DNA of 64,000 bases from a candidate division WOR-3 bacterium (GTDB taxonomy: Bacteria; Hydrothermota; Tepidihabitantia; Tepidihabitantales; Tepidihabitantaceae): contig CBFGIT010000001.1 of the NCBI GenBank assembly GCA_965648905.1, forward strand, positions 8,704-72,703, read 5' to 3'. Each line of letters opens with the position of its first letter. Position 1 is the stretch's first letter. This document shows positions 1-8,903 of the stretch, in pieces. Position numbers and translations under genes: made by a program. The notes under the pieces are model-generated. The model did no database searches, was not told where the DNA came from, and saw only the letters and a list, made by a program, of their open reading frames with translations.

Positions 1-1
1 T

Positions 2-511
2 GCCCTTGTCAGTCGCCGCATCACACCCGAGACGGTCTTGGAAAAGGCCACGCTGCTTGACCAGTTCCTGCGCCAATCTGCAATCTGCAATCTGCAATCT
101 GCAATGCCGAAACGTCCCCGCCTCTGCGTCCTCGCCTTCAACCCACACAGCTTTGAGTTCAGCCGCGGAGAAGAAGAGCGGATTGCCGCCGGGGTCAAAC
201 TCTGCCGCGATTCCGGCATCGATGCCTCTGGCCCGGTCCCGGCCGACGCTGCCTTTGCCGGCCTGCTTTCGCCCGGTGGTTCGGCGATGCGGTTCGACGG
301 CTACGTCTCCATGTATCATGACCAGGCGATGATTCCGGCCAAACTGCTTGCGCGTGGCCGGGGTGTGAACGTGACCCTGGGCCTTGGCCACGTCCGCACC
401 TCGCCCCTGCACGGCACCGCGTTCGACATCTCGGGCAAAGGCATCGCCTCGCCCGACTCGATGACCGCGGCGATCCGCCTTGCGGCAAAGCTGGCCGGAG
501 TCGGCAGTTGA
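2..511 (+). CDS. pdxA: 4-hydroxythreonine-4-phosphate dehydrogenase PdxA, C-terminal part (5' end outside window)
   Basis: Frame-2 translation has the PdxA C-terminal motifs (LAFNPH..GEEE..GPVPADAAF; HVRTSPLHGTAFDISGKGIA). The ORF runs from the window edge and contains heptad repeat 72-106. Confidence 0.75.
   Translation, partial: ALVSRRITPETVLEKATLLDQFLRQSAICNLQSAMPKRPRLCVLAFNPHSFEFSRGEEERIAAGVKLCRDSGIDASGPVPADAAFAGLLSPGGSAMRFDGYVSMYHDQAMIPAKLLARGRGVNVTLGLGHVRTSPLHGTAFDISGKGIASPDSMTAAIRLAAKLAGVGS
72..106 (+). repeat. heptanucleotide tandem repeat (TGCAATC)x~5 inside pdxA coding sequence
   Basis: gccaatc tgcaatc tgcaatc tgcaatc tgcaatg; translated in-frame as QSAICNLQSAM. Confidence 0.9.
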
Positions 512-592
512 GCTCGGTACCGTCGCCCGGGTTGCGAATCGGCTTGTGTTCGATATAGTCTCTGCCGTGAAGTACCTGTCGGCCGGTCGCGG

Positions 593-2002
593 GTGAGCGG
601 CAGTATGCGCCACCACCGTTCGACCCCTAATCCGCTGTTGATTCCCGAACTGCGCGAGGCGATCGCGAACGGGGATTCGGCCGAGCTGCGTGAGTTCCTG
701 ACCCACACCCACCCGCAGGCCGTGGCCGACTTTCTCGCCGCGCTGGAACCGGCCGAACTGGTGGCCGTGCTCAAGCCGGCGCCGTCCGCGACCCGGGCCG
801 AGGTATTCACTCATCTTGACTCGGAACTCCAGTTGGCCCTGGTCGAGTTGATGCCGCGCGACGAGCTGGGCCGGCTGCTCTCCGACATGCCGCCGGACGA
901 CCGCGTTGACCTGCTCCGTCAGCTTCCCGAGGACCGGCGCGAGACCCTGCTGCCGGCCATGGCTCAGGCCGAGCGCGAGGATGTCCGGCGTCTGATGTCC
1001 TACCCGGAGGGGACAGCCGGGGCGATCATGACCTCGGAGTACGCAACCCTTTCCCCGGACGAAACCGTGGCCGACGCACTGGCCCGGCTCCGCCGCGAAG
1101 CTCCGGACAAGGAGACTATCTACTACAGCTACGTGATCGACGGCCAGCGTCACCTGCTCGGCAGCGTCTCGCTCAAAGACCTGATTCTTGCCCGGCCCGA
1201 GGCCCGGGTGCGCGACATCATGGGGCCGGACCCAATTGCGGCCCGGGTTACTGACGACCAGGAGACCGCAGCCCGAACCATCCAGAAGTACGACCTGATT
1301 GCGCTGCCCGTGGTTGACGAAGGAAACGCGCTGGTCGGGATTATCACGCACGACGACGCTGCCGACGTGTTGACTCAGGAGCAGACCGAGGACGTCGAGA
1401 AGTTGATGGGTATCAGCGGCCAGCACGAGTCATACGTCTACATGAAGACGACGCCGCTCGAGCATTTCCGCAATCGGGTCGGCTGGATTCTTGGGCTGGC
1501 CGTGCTCGGTCTGGTCTCCGGGTTCATCGTTCAGCGGTTCGAGGCGCTCCTGGCTCAGGTCGCTCTGCTCGCGACCTTCATGCCGATGCTCGCCGACACC
1601 GGCGGCAACACCGGCAGTCAGTCGGCCACGCTCGTGATTCGGGCCCTGGCCCTGGGCGAGATTGTGCCGCGCGACTCGGTGCGCGTGCTCGTGCGGGAGT
1701 TTCTGACCGCACTGCTGCTGGCGGTCGTACTTGGGTTGTTCGCATTCGGCCGGGTGATGCTGTTTCACGGCGGTCGGACCCTGCCGCCGGGCGTGACGCC
1801 GATTGGCGTCGGCGTGGCCATCGCCTGCGCACTTGGCATTCAGGTCGTGACCTCGACGCTGATTGGTGCAGTCCTGCCGCTGGCTGCAGCCCGGTTGCGG
1901 GTTGACCCGGCGGTCGTGGCCAGTCCGGCTCTGACGACGATTGTCGACATCACGGGCCTGCTCATCTTCTTCACAACGGCGAAGCTGATGCTCGGTTTGT
2001 AG
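593..2002 (+). CDS. mgtE: magnesium transporter MgtE (MgtE_N + CBS pair + MgtE TM domain)
   Basis: 469-aa ORF with MgtE N-domain, CBS region and C-terminal TM helices. The start may be GTG 593 or ATG 605. Confidence 0.9.
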   Translation: MSGSMRHHRSTPNPLLIPELREAIANGDSAELREFLTHTHPQAVADFLAALEPAELVAVLKPAPSATRAEVFTHLDSELQLALVELMPRDELGRLLSDMPPDDRVDLLRQLPEDRRETLLPAMAQAEREDVRRLMSYPEGTAGAIMTSEYATLSPDETVADALARLRREAPDKETIYYSYVIDGQRHLLGSVSLKDLILARPEARVRDIMGPDPIAARVTDDQETAARTIQKYDLIALPVVDEGNALVGIITHDDAADVLTQEQTEDVEKLMGISGQHESYVYMKTTPLEHFRNRVGWILGLAVLGLVSGFIVQRFEALLAQVALLATFMPMLADTGGNTGSQSATLVIRALALGEIVPRDSVRVLVREFLTALLLAVVLGLFAFGRVMLFHGGRTLPPGVTPIGVGVAIACALGIQVVTSTLIGAVLPLAAARLRVDPAVVASPALTTIVDITGLLIFFTTAKLMLGL

Positions 2003-3707
2003 ACGGCCGCCGCCCGACGAGCACGGTCTCAAAGACCATCCAGAGTTCGAGCAGCAGACAGGCAGCGCTGACTCCGAACAAGAGCCAGTTGCCGACCGAC
2101 ACGAACTGCCGTATCTTCAAGACAAGGGCCCAACTTGTCATCACCAGCATGAACAGCGCCGGCCCGAGCGCCAGCCAGTAGAACTTCGTTCTGGGCCGGA
2201 GCCAGACCGCCACGACCAGCAGGGCCAGTCCGGCCAGAAGCTGGTTGACGGCACCGAACACCGGCCAGAGCTTCAGTGCACCGGCGCCGTTCGCGCCGGT
2301 GGCGAATGCCAGCGCACCGGCGCTCACCACCGCCAGGGTTGTCGCAATCCAGGGCTTGCCCAGGACCGGTACCCGGGCCGCAGTTGCCAGCTCGCTGATG
2401 ACGTAGCGCTGAAGCCTGGTTGCGGTATCCAGGGTCGTACCGGCAAAGCTGGCAACCAGCACGCCCATCACCGCAATTGCTGCGCCGGTCGGAATCCCGA
2501 GACTGCCCAGGAGGTTGGCCGCGCCGGTGACAAAGGCGTCAAGGTTGGCGTTCATCCCTTCGGCCGCGCCCCAGCTCGCATAGTGCCGGGTCCAGGCTGC
2601 AACCCCGGTAAGCACGCTGCCGTCCGCGGTCCGATAGGCCAGGCCGATGCCGGCGCAGCAGGCGATGATGACGAGCACGGCCAGGGCCGACTCGACCAGC
2701 ATCGCGCCGTAACCGACAAAGAACGCATCCGGCTCGCGCGCGACCTGTTTCGACGAAGTGCCGGACGACACCAGCGAGTGGAAGCCGGAGATGGCGCCGC
2801 AGGCAATGGTAATGAACAGCACGGGCCAGAGCGACGGCGCACCGGGCACGGCCGGGCGGAACGCCGGCGCGACCAGATTCATGTTGCGGAAAAGCCCGGC
2901 GGCAAACACCCCAAGTGTCATGAGCCCGAGCGCGACAACCAGCTCCCAGGCATTGATGTAGTCGCGCGGCTGGAGCAGAGTCGTGACCGGCAGCACCGAC
3001 GCGACAAAGGCATAGACGAGCAGGATGATGGTCCAGACTCCGGTGGCCGGAATGCCGAACAACGGAGGCATGACCAGCGGGAACCGCCAGCCGAGCGCGA
3101 TCGTGCCGTACATCAGGAGGATTGCCGCGATGTCGAAAAAGAGCAGTCGGCTGGCCAGGTGCCGACGATACACCAGCCAGCCGAGCGCAACCGCAATCGG
3201 AATCTCGGCCCAGACCGGAATCACCGAAGCAGGAAACCGGTTGAAGATGAGCGCGATGACCAGACCGAAGATGGCAATCACGACCCAGAGAATCAGCAGT
3301 ACCACCAGGAAGAAGATTGTCCGTACCCGCGGACCGATGAGCTCGCGGGTGATATCGGCAATCGAGCGGCCCTGATTGCGCAGGGAGACAACCAGCGAGC
3401 CGAAATCGTGGACTCCACCCATGACAATCGAGCCGACAAAGACCCAGATGAAAGCCGGGACCCAGCCCCAGATGACGCCGATTGCCGGTCCGACAATCGG
3501 GCCGGTTCCGGCAATCGAGGTGAAGTGGTGACCGAAGACGATGATGCGGCGGGTCGGGACAAAGTCAACGTCGTCGCGCCGAGTTACCGCCGGAACCGCG
3601 GCATTCGGGTCAATCCGGAAGATGCGCCGGGCCAGAAACCGGCCGTAGGTACGGTAGGCCACAATGTAGCCGACAAACGCACCGACCATCAGCAGAATCG
3701 TGTTCAT
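1971..3707 (-). CDS. cstA: carbon starvation protein CstA (peptide/pyruvate transporter family)
   Basis: Translation MNTILLMVGAF..FGHHFTSIAGTGPIVGP matches the CstA N-terminus, and the protein is polytopic. The internal ATG was chosen over the ORF-track start 3818. Its 3' end converges on and overlaps mgtE by 32 nt. Confidence 0.85.
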   Translation of the reverse strand: MNTILLMVGAFVGYIVAYRTYGRFLARRIFRIDPNAAVPAVTRRDDVDFVPTRRIIVFGHHFTSIAGTGPIVGPAIGVIWGWVPAFIWVFVGSIVMGGVHDFGSLVVSLRNQGRSIADITRELIGPRVRTIFFLVVLLILWVVIAIFGLVIALIFNRFPASVIPVWAEIPIAVALGWLVYRRHLASRLLFFDIAAILLMYGTIALGWRFPLVMPPLFGIPATGVWTIILLVYAFVASVLPVTTLLQPRDYINAWELVVALGLMTLGVFAAGLFRNMNLVAPAFRPAVPGAPSLWPVLFITIACGAISGFHSLVSSGTSSKQVAREPDAFFVGYGAMLVESALAVLVIIACCAGIGLAYRTADGSVLTGVAAWTRHYASWGAAEGMNANLDAFVTGAANLLGSLGIPTGAAIAVMGVLVASFAGTTLDTATRLQRYVISELATAARVPVLGKPWIATTLAVVSAGALAFATGANGAGALKLWPVFGAVNQLLAGLALLVVAVWLRPRTKFYWLALGPALFMLVMTSWALVLKIRQFVSVGNWLLFGVSAACLLLELWMVFETVLVGRRPSTNRASASPL

Positions 3708-3913
3708 CGCGCTCCTGCCCGATGCCGGTAGAGAGACGGCTCTGGTCCTTCGATGGTCAAAGGCAATCGGCGGCCGGAAAACACGGCGTGATGATAGTCG
3801 GAAGCAGCCGGAAGTCAACCTGTTGGCAGTCGCCCCTTTCGCCTCTCGCTTCCTGCCCTTTGACTTACCTCGGCTTCAAGGTCGGTTTGACTTCGGAGCC
3901 GCGCCGGATATAG

Positions 3914-5437
3914 TTGACACCAATGACCACTAATCGGCCCGAACCAGCACCAGCCAGCGGCCATGACCGGGAAGTGCGGCTCGGCAAGCTCGGACGGCTG
4001 CGCGAGCAGGGTGTCAACCCCTATGCCTACCGGTATGACCGCACGCATTCATGCCAGGCGGTCATCGAACGATTTGCCGAGCTGGAGAACAGCGAAGTGC
4101 GGGTCGCGGGACGGCTGATGTCGCGCCGTGAGCATGGCAAGACCCAGTTCGGCCACATTCAGGATGCTTCAGGCCGGCTTCAGCTCTACCTGCGCCAGGA
4201 TACGCTCGGCGACGAAGCATTCTCCCGCCTCAACCTGCTCGACCTCGGCGACTTCGTCGGCGCCCAAGGCCAAGTATTCCGCACGCGGACCGGCGAGGTG
4301 ACGGTCAACGTCAAGGAACTGGTCTTGCTCGGCAAGTCTCTGCGGCCTTTGCCTGAGAAGTTCCACGGCCTGCGTGACATCGAAACCAGATACCGGCAGC
4401 GCCATGTTGACCTGCTGGTCAACGAAGAGTCGCGGCGCGTGCTGCTGGCGCGCAGCCGCATCGTCGGGCTGGTGCGGGAGTTTCTTACCGAGCGCGGTTT
4501 CATTGAGGTCGAAACACCGGTGCTTCAGCCCATCTACGGCGGTGCCGCGGCCCGGCCGTTCACCACTTACTACGACGTGCTTGAGCAGCAGATGTTTCTG
4601 CGCATCTCGGACGAGCTGTATCTGAAGCGGCTGATTGTCGGCGGACTGGAGAAGGTGTTTGAGATTGGTCGTGACTTCCGCAACGAGGGCCTGGACCGAA
4701 CCCACAACCCTGAGTTCACTCAGATGGAGCTGTACTGGGCCTTTGTTGACTACCACGACGTGATGAAGCTGACCGAAGAGCTGTTTGCCTTCCTGGCCGT
4801 GAAGCTGCACGGCCGGACCGAGGTCCGGTTCGGCAACCACATCGTTGACCTCGGTCGGTGGCGGCGCCTGAAGTTCGTTGACGCGCTGGCCGAGCGCATT
4901 GCGGCCGACCCGCTTGAGCTTTCCCTGCCGATGCTCAAGCAGGTTGCCGACCGGGCCGGCGTTGCAGCAGGCGAGGGCATCTCCCGGGCCAAGCTTCTGG
5001 ACAAGCTGTTCACCGAGCTGGTTCAGGACCGGATCGTCGAACCGACGTTCGTCATCGACCATCCCAAGGTCACGACGCCGTTGGCTAAGACCCACCGCGA
5101 CAATCCGAACCTAGTCGAGCGGTTCGAACCGGTGGTCTGCGGCATGGAGCTCGGCAACGCCTTCTCCGAACTCGCCGACCCGCTTGAGCAGCGGCAGCGG
5201 TTTGAAGAAGGCGTGGCGCAGAACGAGGAGTTTGCTACGGTCGACGAGGACTACTGCGAAGCACTCGAATTCGGCATGCCGCCGACCGGCGGGCTGGGCA
5301 TCGGCATCGACCGGCTGACCATGCTTCTGACCAACTCGCCCAACATCCGGGATGTGATTCTGTTTCCGCAGCTCCGGCCCAACCGGGATTCAAAGAATCA
5401 AGGAGACGAGGAGTTCTGCCCGGCTCCCGAACCCTAG
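3914..5437 (+). CDS. lysS: lysine--tRNA ligase (class II)
   Basis: 507-aa ORF with an N-terminal OB anticodon-binding domain and class II aaRS core motifs (FRNEG.., GGLGIGIDRL). Confidence 0.95.
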   Translation: MTPMTTNRPEPAPASGHDREVRLGKLGRLREQGVNPYAYRYDRTHSCQAVIERFAELENSEVRVAGRLMSRREHGKTQFGHIQDASGRLQLYLRQDTLGDEAFSRLNLLDLGDFVGAQGQVFRTRTGEVTVNVKELVLLGKSLRPLPEKFHGLRDIETRYRQRHVDLLVNEESRRVLLARSRIVGLVREFLTERGFIEVETPVLQPIYGGAAARPFTTYYDVLEQQMFLRISDELYLKRLIVGGLEKVFEIGRDFRNEGLDRTHNPEFTQMELYWAFVDYHDVMKLTEELFAFLAVKLHGRTEVRFGNHIVDLGRWRRLKFVDALAERIAADPLELSLPMLKQVADRAGVAAGEGISRAKLLDKLFTELVQDRIVEPTFVIDHPKVTTPLAKTHRDNPNLVERFEPVVCGMELGNAFSELADPLEQRQRFEEGVAQNEEFATVDEDYCEALEFGMPPTGGLGIGIDRLTMLLTNSPNIRDVILFPQLRPNRDSKNQGDEEFCPAPEP

Positions 5438-5459
5438 GCCCCTGGGCCTTGCCCGCGGC

Positions 5460-6680
5460 ATGAGATTCGAGCTCTTCATGGCCGGACGGTACCTGCGCGG
5501 CCGCGGACGCCGAATGCTCTCCGGGATTACCGCGATTGCCATCGGCGGAGTGTTTGTCGGCGTCGCGGCAATCATCATCGTCCTCTCGGTCGAAAACGGC
5601 TTCCACAAAGAACTCAAAGACCGGATTCTCGGCGCCACGCCCCACATCGTTGTCACCCAGTTTAACTACGCGCCCCTGCCGTACGCCGGGCCGCTTGATA
5701 CCCTGCAGGCGCGCATCGGCCGGATTCCCGGGGTCCTAGAGGTAGCTCCATTTGTCTATGCCAAGACCCTGGTTCGCTCTGAGAACGGTGTCGAAGGCGT
5801 CGTGATTCGCGGCATCGACCCGAACAAGGAGAGCGAGATTACCGACGTCGGCGGCACTGTGGTTCAGGGCGGGTTCAGGTTCGATTCGGCCGGGGTCGTG
5901 CTCGGAGTCGAACTCGCCCGGGTACTGGGGCTTGCGGTTGGCGACCGGGTTAACCTCGCCTCGCCGTTCGGCGGAACGAGCACGCCGCTCGGATTCGTGC
6001 CGCGCACGCGCCATTTCCGGGTCAACGGTATCTTCGACTGCGGCATGTACGAGTACAATTCGAGCTTCATCTACTTGGCGCTGGCCGATATCCAGGAGTT
6101 CCTGGACATGAAAGGCTCAATCACCGGTTACGAGGTCCGGGTCCGGGACGTGTACGCTTCGGGCGCTATTGCCAAGCGAATTATGATGACCCTGGGCTAC
6201 CCGTTTCGGACGACCGACTGGATTGCTCAGAATCGCAACCTCTTCACCGCGCTGCGGCTGGAGAAGGTCGTGACGTTCATCGTGCTCGTCCTGATTGTTC
6301 TGGTGGCCGCGTTCAACATCATCGGCATGCTGATGATGATGGTCATGCGTAAGACCCGCGAAATCGGCATTCTCAAGGCGATTGGAGCCCGCCCCGAAAC
6401 CGTGACGCGCATCTTTGTTGCCGCGGGCGGGCTGATCGGTGTCATCGGCACAACGCTGGGCGCGGCGTTCGGGTTTGTCATCTCCTGGGCCCTGAATCAC
6501 TACCGGATTGTCTCTCTGCCCGGCGACGTCTACTTCATCAAGAACCTGCCGGTCCAGATGCAGTGGCAGGACTTTGTTATCGTCTGTCTGGCCGCGCTCG
6601 TCATCACGTTCGCGGCAACCATTTACCCGGCGCTCCGTGCGGCCCGGCTCATACCGCTGGAAGCAATCAGATATGAATAG
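5460..6680 (+). CDS. lipoprotein-releasing system permease, LolC/LolE family (FtsX-like, MacB_PCD)
   Basis: 406 aa with an N-terminal TM helix, a periplasmic domain and a C-terminal FtsX-like 3-TM domain. It is immediately followed by lolD. Confidence 0.85.
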   Translation: MRFELFMAGRYLRGRGRRMLSGITAIAIGGVFVGVAAIIIVLSVENGFHKELKDRILGATPHIVVTQFNYAPLPYAGPLDTLQARIGRIPGVLEVAPFVYAKTLVRSENGVEGVVIRGIDPNKESEITDVGGTVVQGGFRFDSAGVVLGVELARVLGLAVGDRVNLASPFGGTSTPLGFVPRTRHFRVNGIFDCGMYEYNSSFIYLALADIQEFLDMKGSITGYEVRVRDVYASGAIAKRIMMTLGYPFRTTDWIAQNRNLFTALRLEKVVTFIVLVLIVLVAAFNIIGMLMMMVMRKTREIGILKAIGARPETVTRIFVAAGGLIGVIGTTLGAAFGFVISWALNHYRIVSLPGDVYFIKNLPVQMQWQDFVIVCLAALVITFAATIYPALRAARLIPLEAIRYE

Positions 6681-7392
6681 CAGTCCGGCAGTCGAGGAAC
6701 CAGCCGGGCCCGCGCCGGTGCTTGTCGCCGAGGACGTCTGGCGCGTGTTCGACTCCGGGCCCGAACAACTGACGGTTCTGCGCGGCGTCAACCTGTCGGT
6801 CCGTCCTGGCGAACTGGTGGCCATCCTCGGCCCCTCAGGAACCGGGAAATCGACCTTGCTGCACATTCTGGGTGCACTCGACCGGCCCACGCGCGGTCGT
6901 GTCTTCCTTGATTCCGAAGACGTTTTCCGGTACTCTGAATATCAACTGCCGGACCTGCGGAACCAGAAGGTCGGATTCGTCTTCCAGTTCCACCACCTGC
7001 TGGTCGAGTTCACGGTCCTAGAAAACGCGGCCATGCCTCTGCTCGTGGCCGGCCGGAGCCGGCGGGAAGCACTTCGCCGGGCCGAGGAGGTTCTGACTGA
7101 GGTCGGATTCGCCTCGCGGCTGAACCATCGGCCCGGCGAACTTTCGGGCGGCGAGCGGGCCAAGGTCGCCCTGGCCCGTGCGCTCGTGAACCGGCCGGCA
7201 GTCGTCCTGGCTGATGAGCCGACCGGAAACCTGGACTCAGCCTCGGCCGCGGCACTGATGGACCTGTTCGCTCGACTGCGCGAAGAAAGGAAGATGACCG
7301 CACTGGTAGTAACTCACAACCGGGCAGTGGCCGAACGTGCCACCCGACGTCTGCTTCTTTCTGACGGAGTACTCCAAGATGAAGAAATGTGA
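6673..7392 (+). CDS. lolD: lipoprotein-releasing ABC transporter ATP-binding protein LolD
   Basis: Has Walker A GPSGTGKST, signature LSGGERAKVALARAL and Walker B VVLADEPTGNLD. Internal ATG at 6673 overlaps the permease stop by 8 nt. Confidence 0.85.
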   Translation: MNSSPAVEEPAGPAPVLVAEDVWRVFDSGPEQLTVLRGVNLSVRPGELVAILGPSGTGKSTLLHILGALDRPTRGRVFLDSEDVFRYSEYQLPDLRNQKVGFVFQFHHLLVEFTVLENAAMPLLVAGRSRREALRRAEEVLTEVGFASRLNHRPGELSGGERAKVALARALVNRPAVVLADEPTGNLDSASAAALMDLFARLREERKMTALVVTHNRAVAERATRRLLLSDGVLQDEEM

Positions 7393-7876
7393 TCTCTGCC
7401 GCGAGAACGAAGCCAGCATCAAGGTCCATCAGATGGACTCGGGCGGTAAGGTGACCGAACTTGCCGTCTGCACCGAGTGCGCCCGGCAACGGGGCCTGGC
7501 CGAGGTCAAGCCGGCCAAGACCGCGTCGGTCGAGGTAATGGCCGAACTCAAGGCCGGACTCAAGGAAAAAGACGCCGCGCTGGTCTGCTCGCACTGCGGC
7601 ACGACACTGGCCGACTTCAAGCGCCAGGGCCGGCTTGGCTGTGACTACTGCTACATCGCCTTCCGCGAAGAACTCCTGCCCCTGATTCGGCGCCTGCACG
7701 GCGCAACCCAGCACCTGGGCCGGACAACCAGAACCGGCCGCAAAGACGCTCATGTCCGGCTGACCACAGACCGGATCCGGGATGCCCTCTCTGCCGCGAT
7801 CAAGAACGAGGACTACGAGAAAGCTGCGGCACTGCGCGATGAACTGCGCAAGGTGGAAGATGAAGCTGGGAAGTAA
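7379..7876 (+). CDS. mcsA: McsA-like protein (zinc-finger CxxC pairs + C-terminal UVR motif), activator of protein-arginine kinase
   Basis: Two CxxC..CxxC zinc-ribbon motifs and a UVR motif (DYEKAAALRDELRKVE). It lies directly upstream of and overlaps mcsB. Confidence 0.6.
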   Translation: MKKCDLCRENEASIKVHQMDSGGKVTELAVCTECARQRGLAEVKPAKTASVEVMAELKAGLKEKDAALVCSHCGTTLADFKRQGRLGCDYCYIAFREELLPLIRRLHGATQHLGRTTRTGRKDAHVRLTTDRIRDALSAAIKNEDYEKAAALRDELRKVEDEAGK

Positions 7877-8903
7877 CGGCGTTGGCCGCTGGCTCACAGC
7901 CTCAGGCCCGGACTCGGACGTCGTCATCTCCTCGCGCATCCGACTGGCCCGCAACCTCGCCGGCGTGCCGTTTGTCCCGCGCGCCAAGAAAACCGAGCAG
8001 GAACAGGTCATCGACGCAGTCCGCTGGGCACTCAACGCCGCCGGACTTGACAACTCAGGCCGGTTCATCGACGACCCGCTCCTCTCAGAAAACCAGGGCC
8101 AGTATCTCCTCGAACGGCACATTATTTCCCCGGACTTCCTCTCCTCCAAAGCGCGACGCGGCCTGTACGTCAACACCGACGAGACCCTCAGTCTCATGGT
8201 CAACGAAGAAGACCATCTCCGGCTCCAGGTCCTGGCCTCAGGCCTGGCGCTCCTTGACGCGCTCCAAACCGCGCTCAGCCTCGACGACAAACTCGAAGCC
8301 CAGGTTCAGTACGCCTTCTCGCCCGAATTCGGGTTCCTCACCGCGTGCCCGACCAACGTCGGCACCGGCCTGCGGGCCTCGGTCCTGGTCCACCTGCCCG
8401 GCCTGGTCCTGACCCGGGAAATCGACAAAGTCCTGCGCGGCGCACTCCACATCGGACTCGCCGTACGTGGACTCTACGGCGAAGGCAGCGAAACCAGAGG
8501 CAACTTCATCCAGATCTCCAACCAGAAAACGCTGGGCCAGTCCGAACAGGAAATCGTCGACTCGGTCGCCGACATCAGCCGTCAGGTCGTGGATTACGAG
8601 CGCAAGGCCCGCGAGTACCTGATGAAGAACCTGCGCATCGAGCTTGAAGACAAAGTCTTCCGATCCTTCGCCATTCTCAAGGGCGCGCGCATCCTCTCAT
8701 CCGACGAAGCGATCAACCTGATTGCGACCCTGCGGCTCGGAGTCGCGCTGGGAATCGTCAATGAGATTGACCTGGCAGGGGTGAGCCGGTTGCTGATTCT
8801 GGTGCGGCCGGCCAATCTGCAGGCAATGCTCGGTGAGACTCTTGAGGCTGCCCAGCGTGATGAACGGCGGGCGGCGTTTGTCCGCGAGACCCTGGTGCGG
8901 TGA
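7860..8903 (+). CDS. mcsB: protein-arginine kinase McsB (ATP:guanido phosphotransferase family)
   Basis: N-terminus MKLGSNGVGRWLTASGPDSDVVISSRIRLARNLAGVPF and a phosphagen-kinase catalytic domain are typical of McsB. Confidence 0.8.
   Translation: MKLGSNGVGRWLTASGPDSDVVISSRIRLARNLAGVPFVPRAKKTEQEQVIDAVRWALNAAGLDNSGRFIDDPLLSENQGQYLLERHIISPDFLSSKARRGLYVNTDETLSLMVNEEDHLRLQVLASGLALLDALQTALSLDDKLEAQVQYAFSPEFGFLTACPTNVGTGLRASVLVHLPGLVLTREIDKVLRGALHIGLAVRGLYGEGSETRGNFIQISNQKTLGQSEQEIVDSVADISRQVVDYERKAREYLMKNLRIELEDKVFRSFAILKGARILSSDEAINLIATLRLGVALGIVNEIDLAGVSRLLILVRPANLQAMLGETLEAAQRDERRAAFVRETLVR

Noticed and set aside
2583-3731. 382-aa plus-strand ORF rich in R/D/E/G (antisense to cstA)
   Set aside because: Low-complexity translation typical of antisense shadow ORFs in high-GC DNA. 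The opposite strand encodes a well-supported CstA.
7010-8290. 426-aa minus-strand ORF overlapping lolD/mcsA/mcsB
   Set aside because: It is antisense to three genes with clear homology-type motifs. It is Arg/Ser/Pro-rich and has no domain signature.
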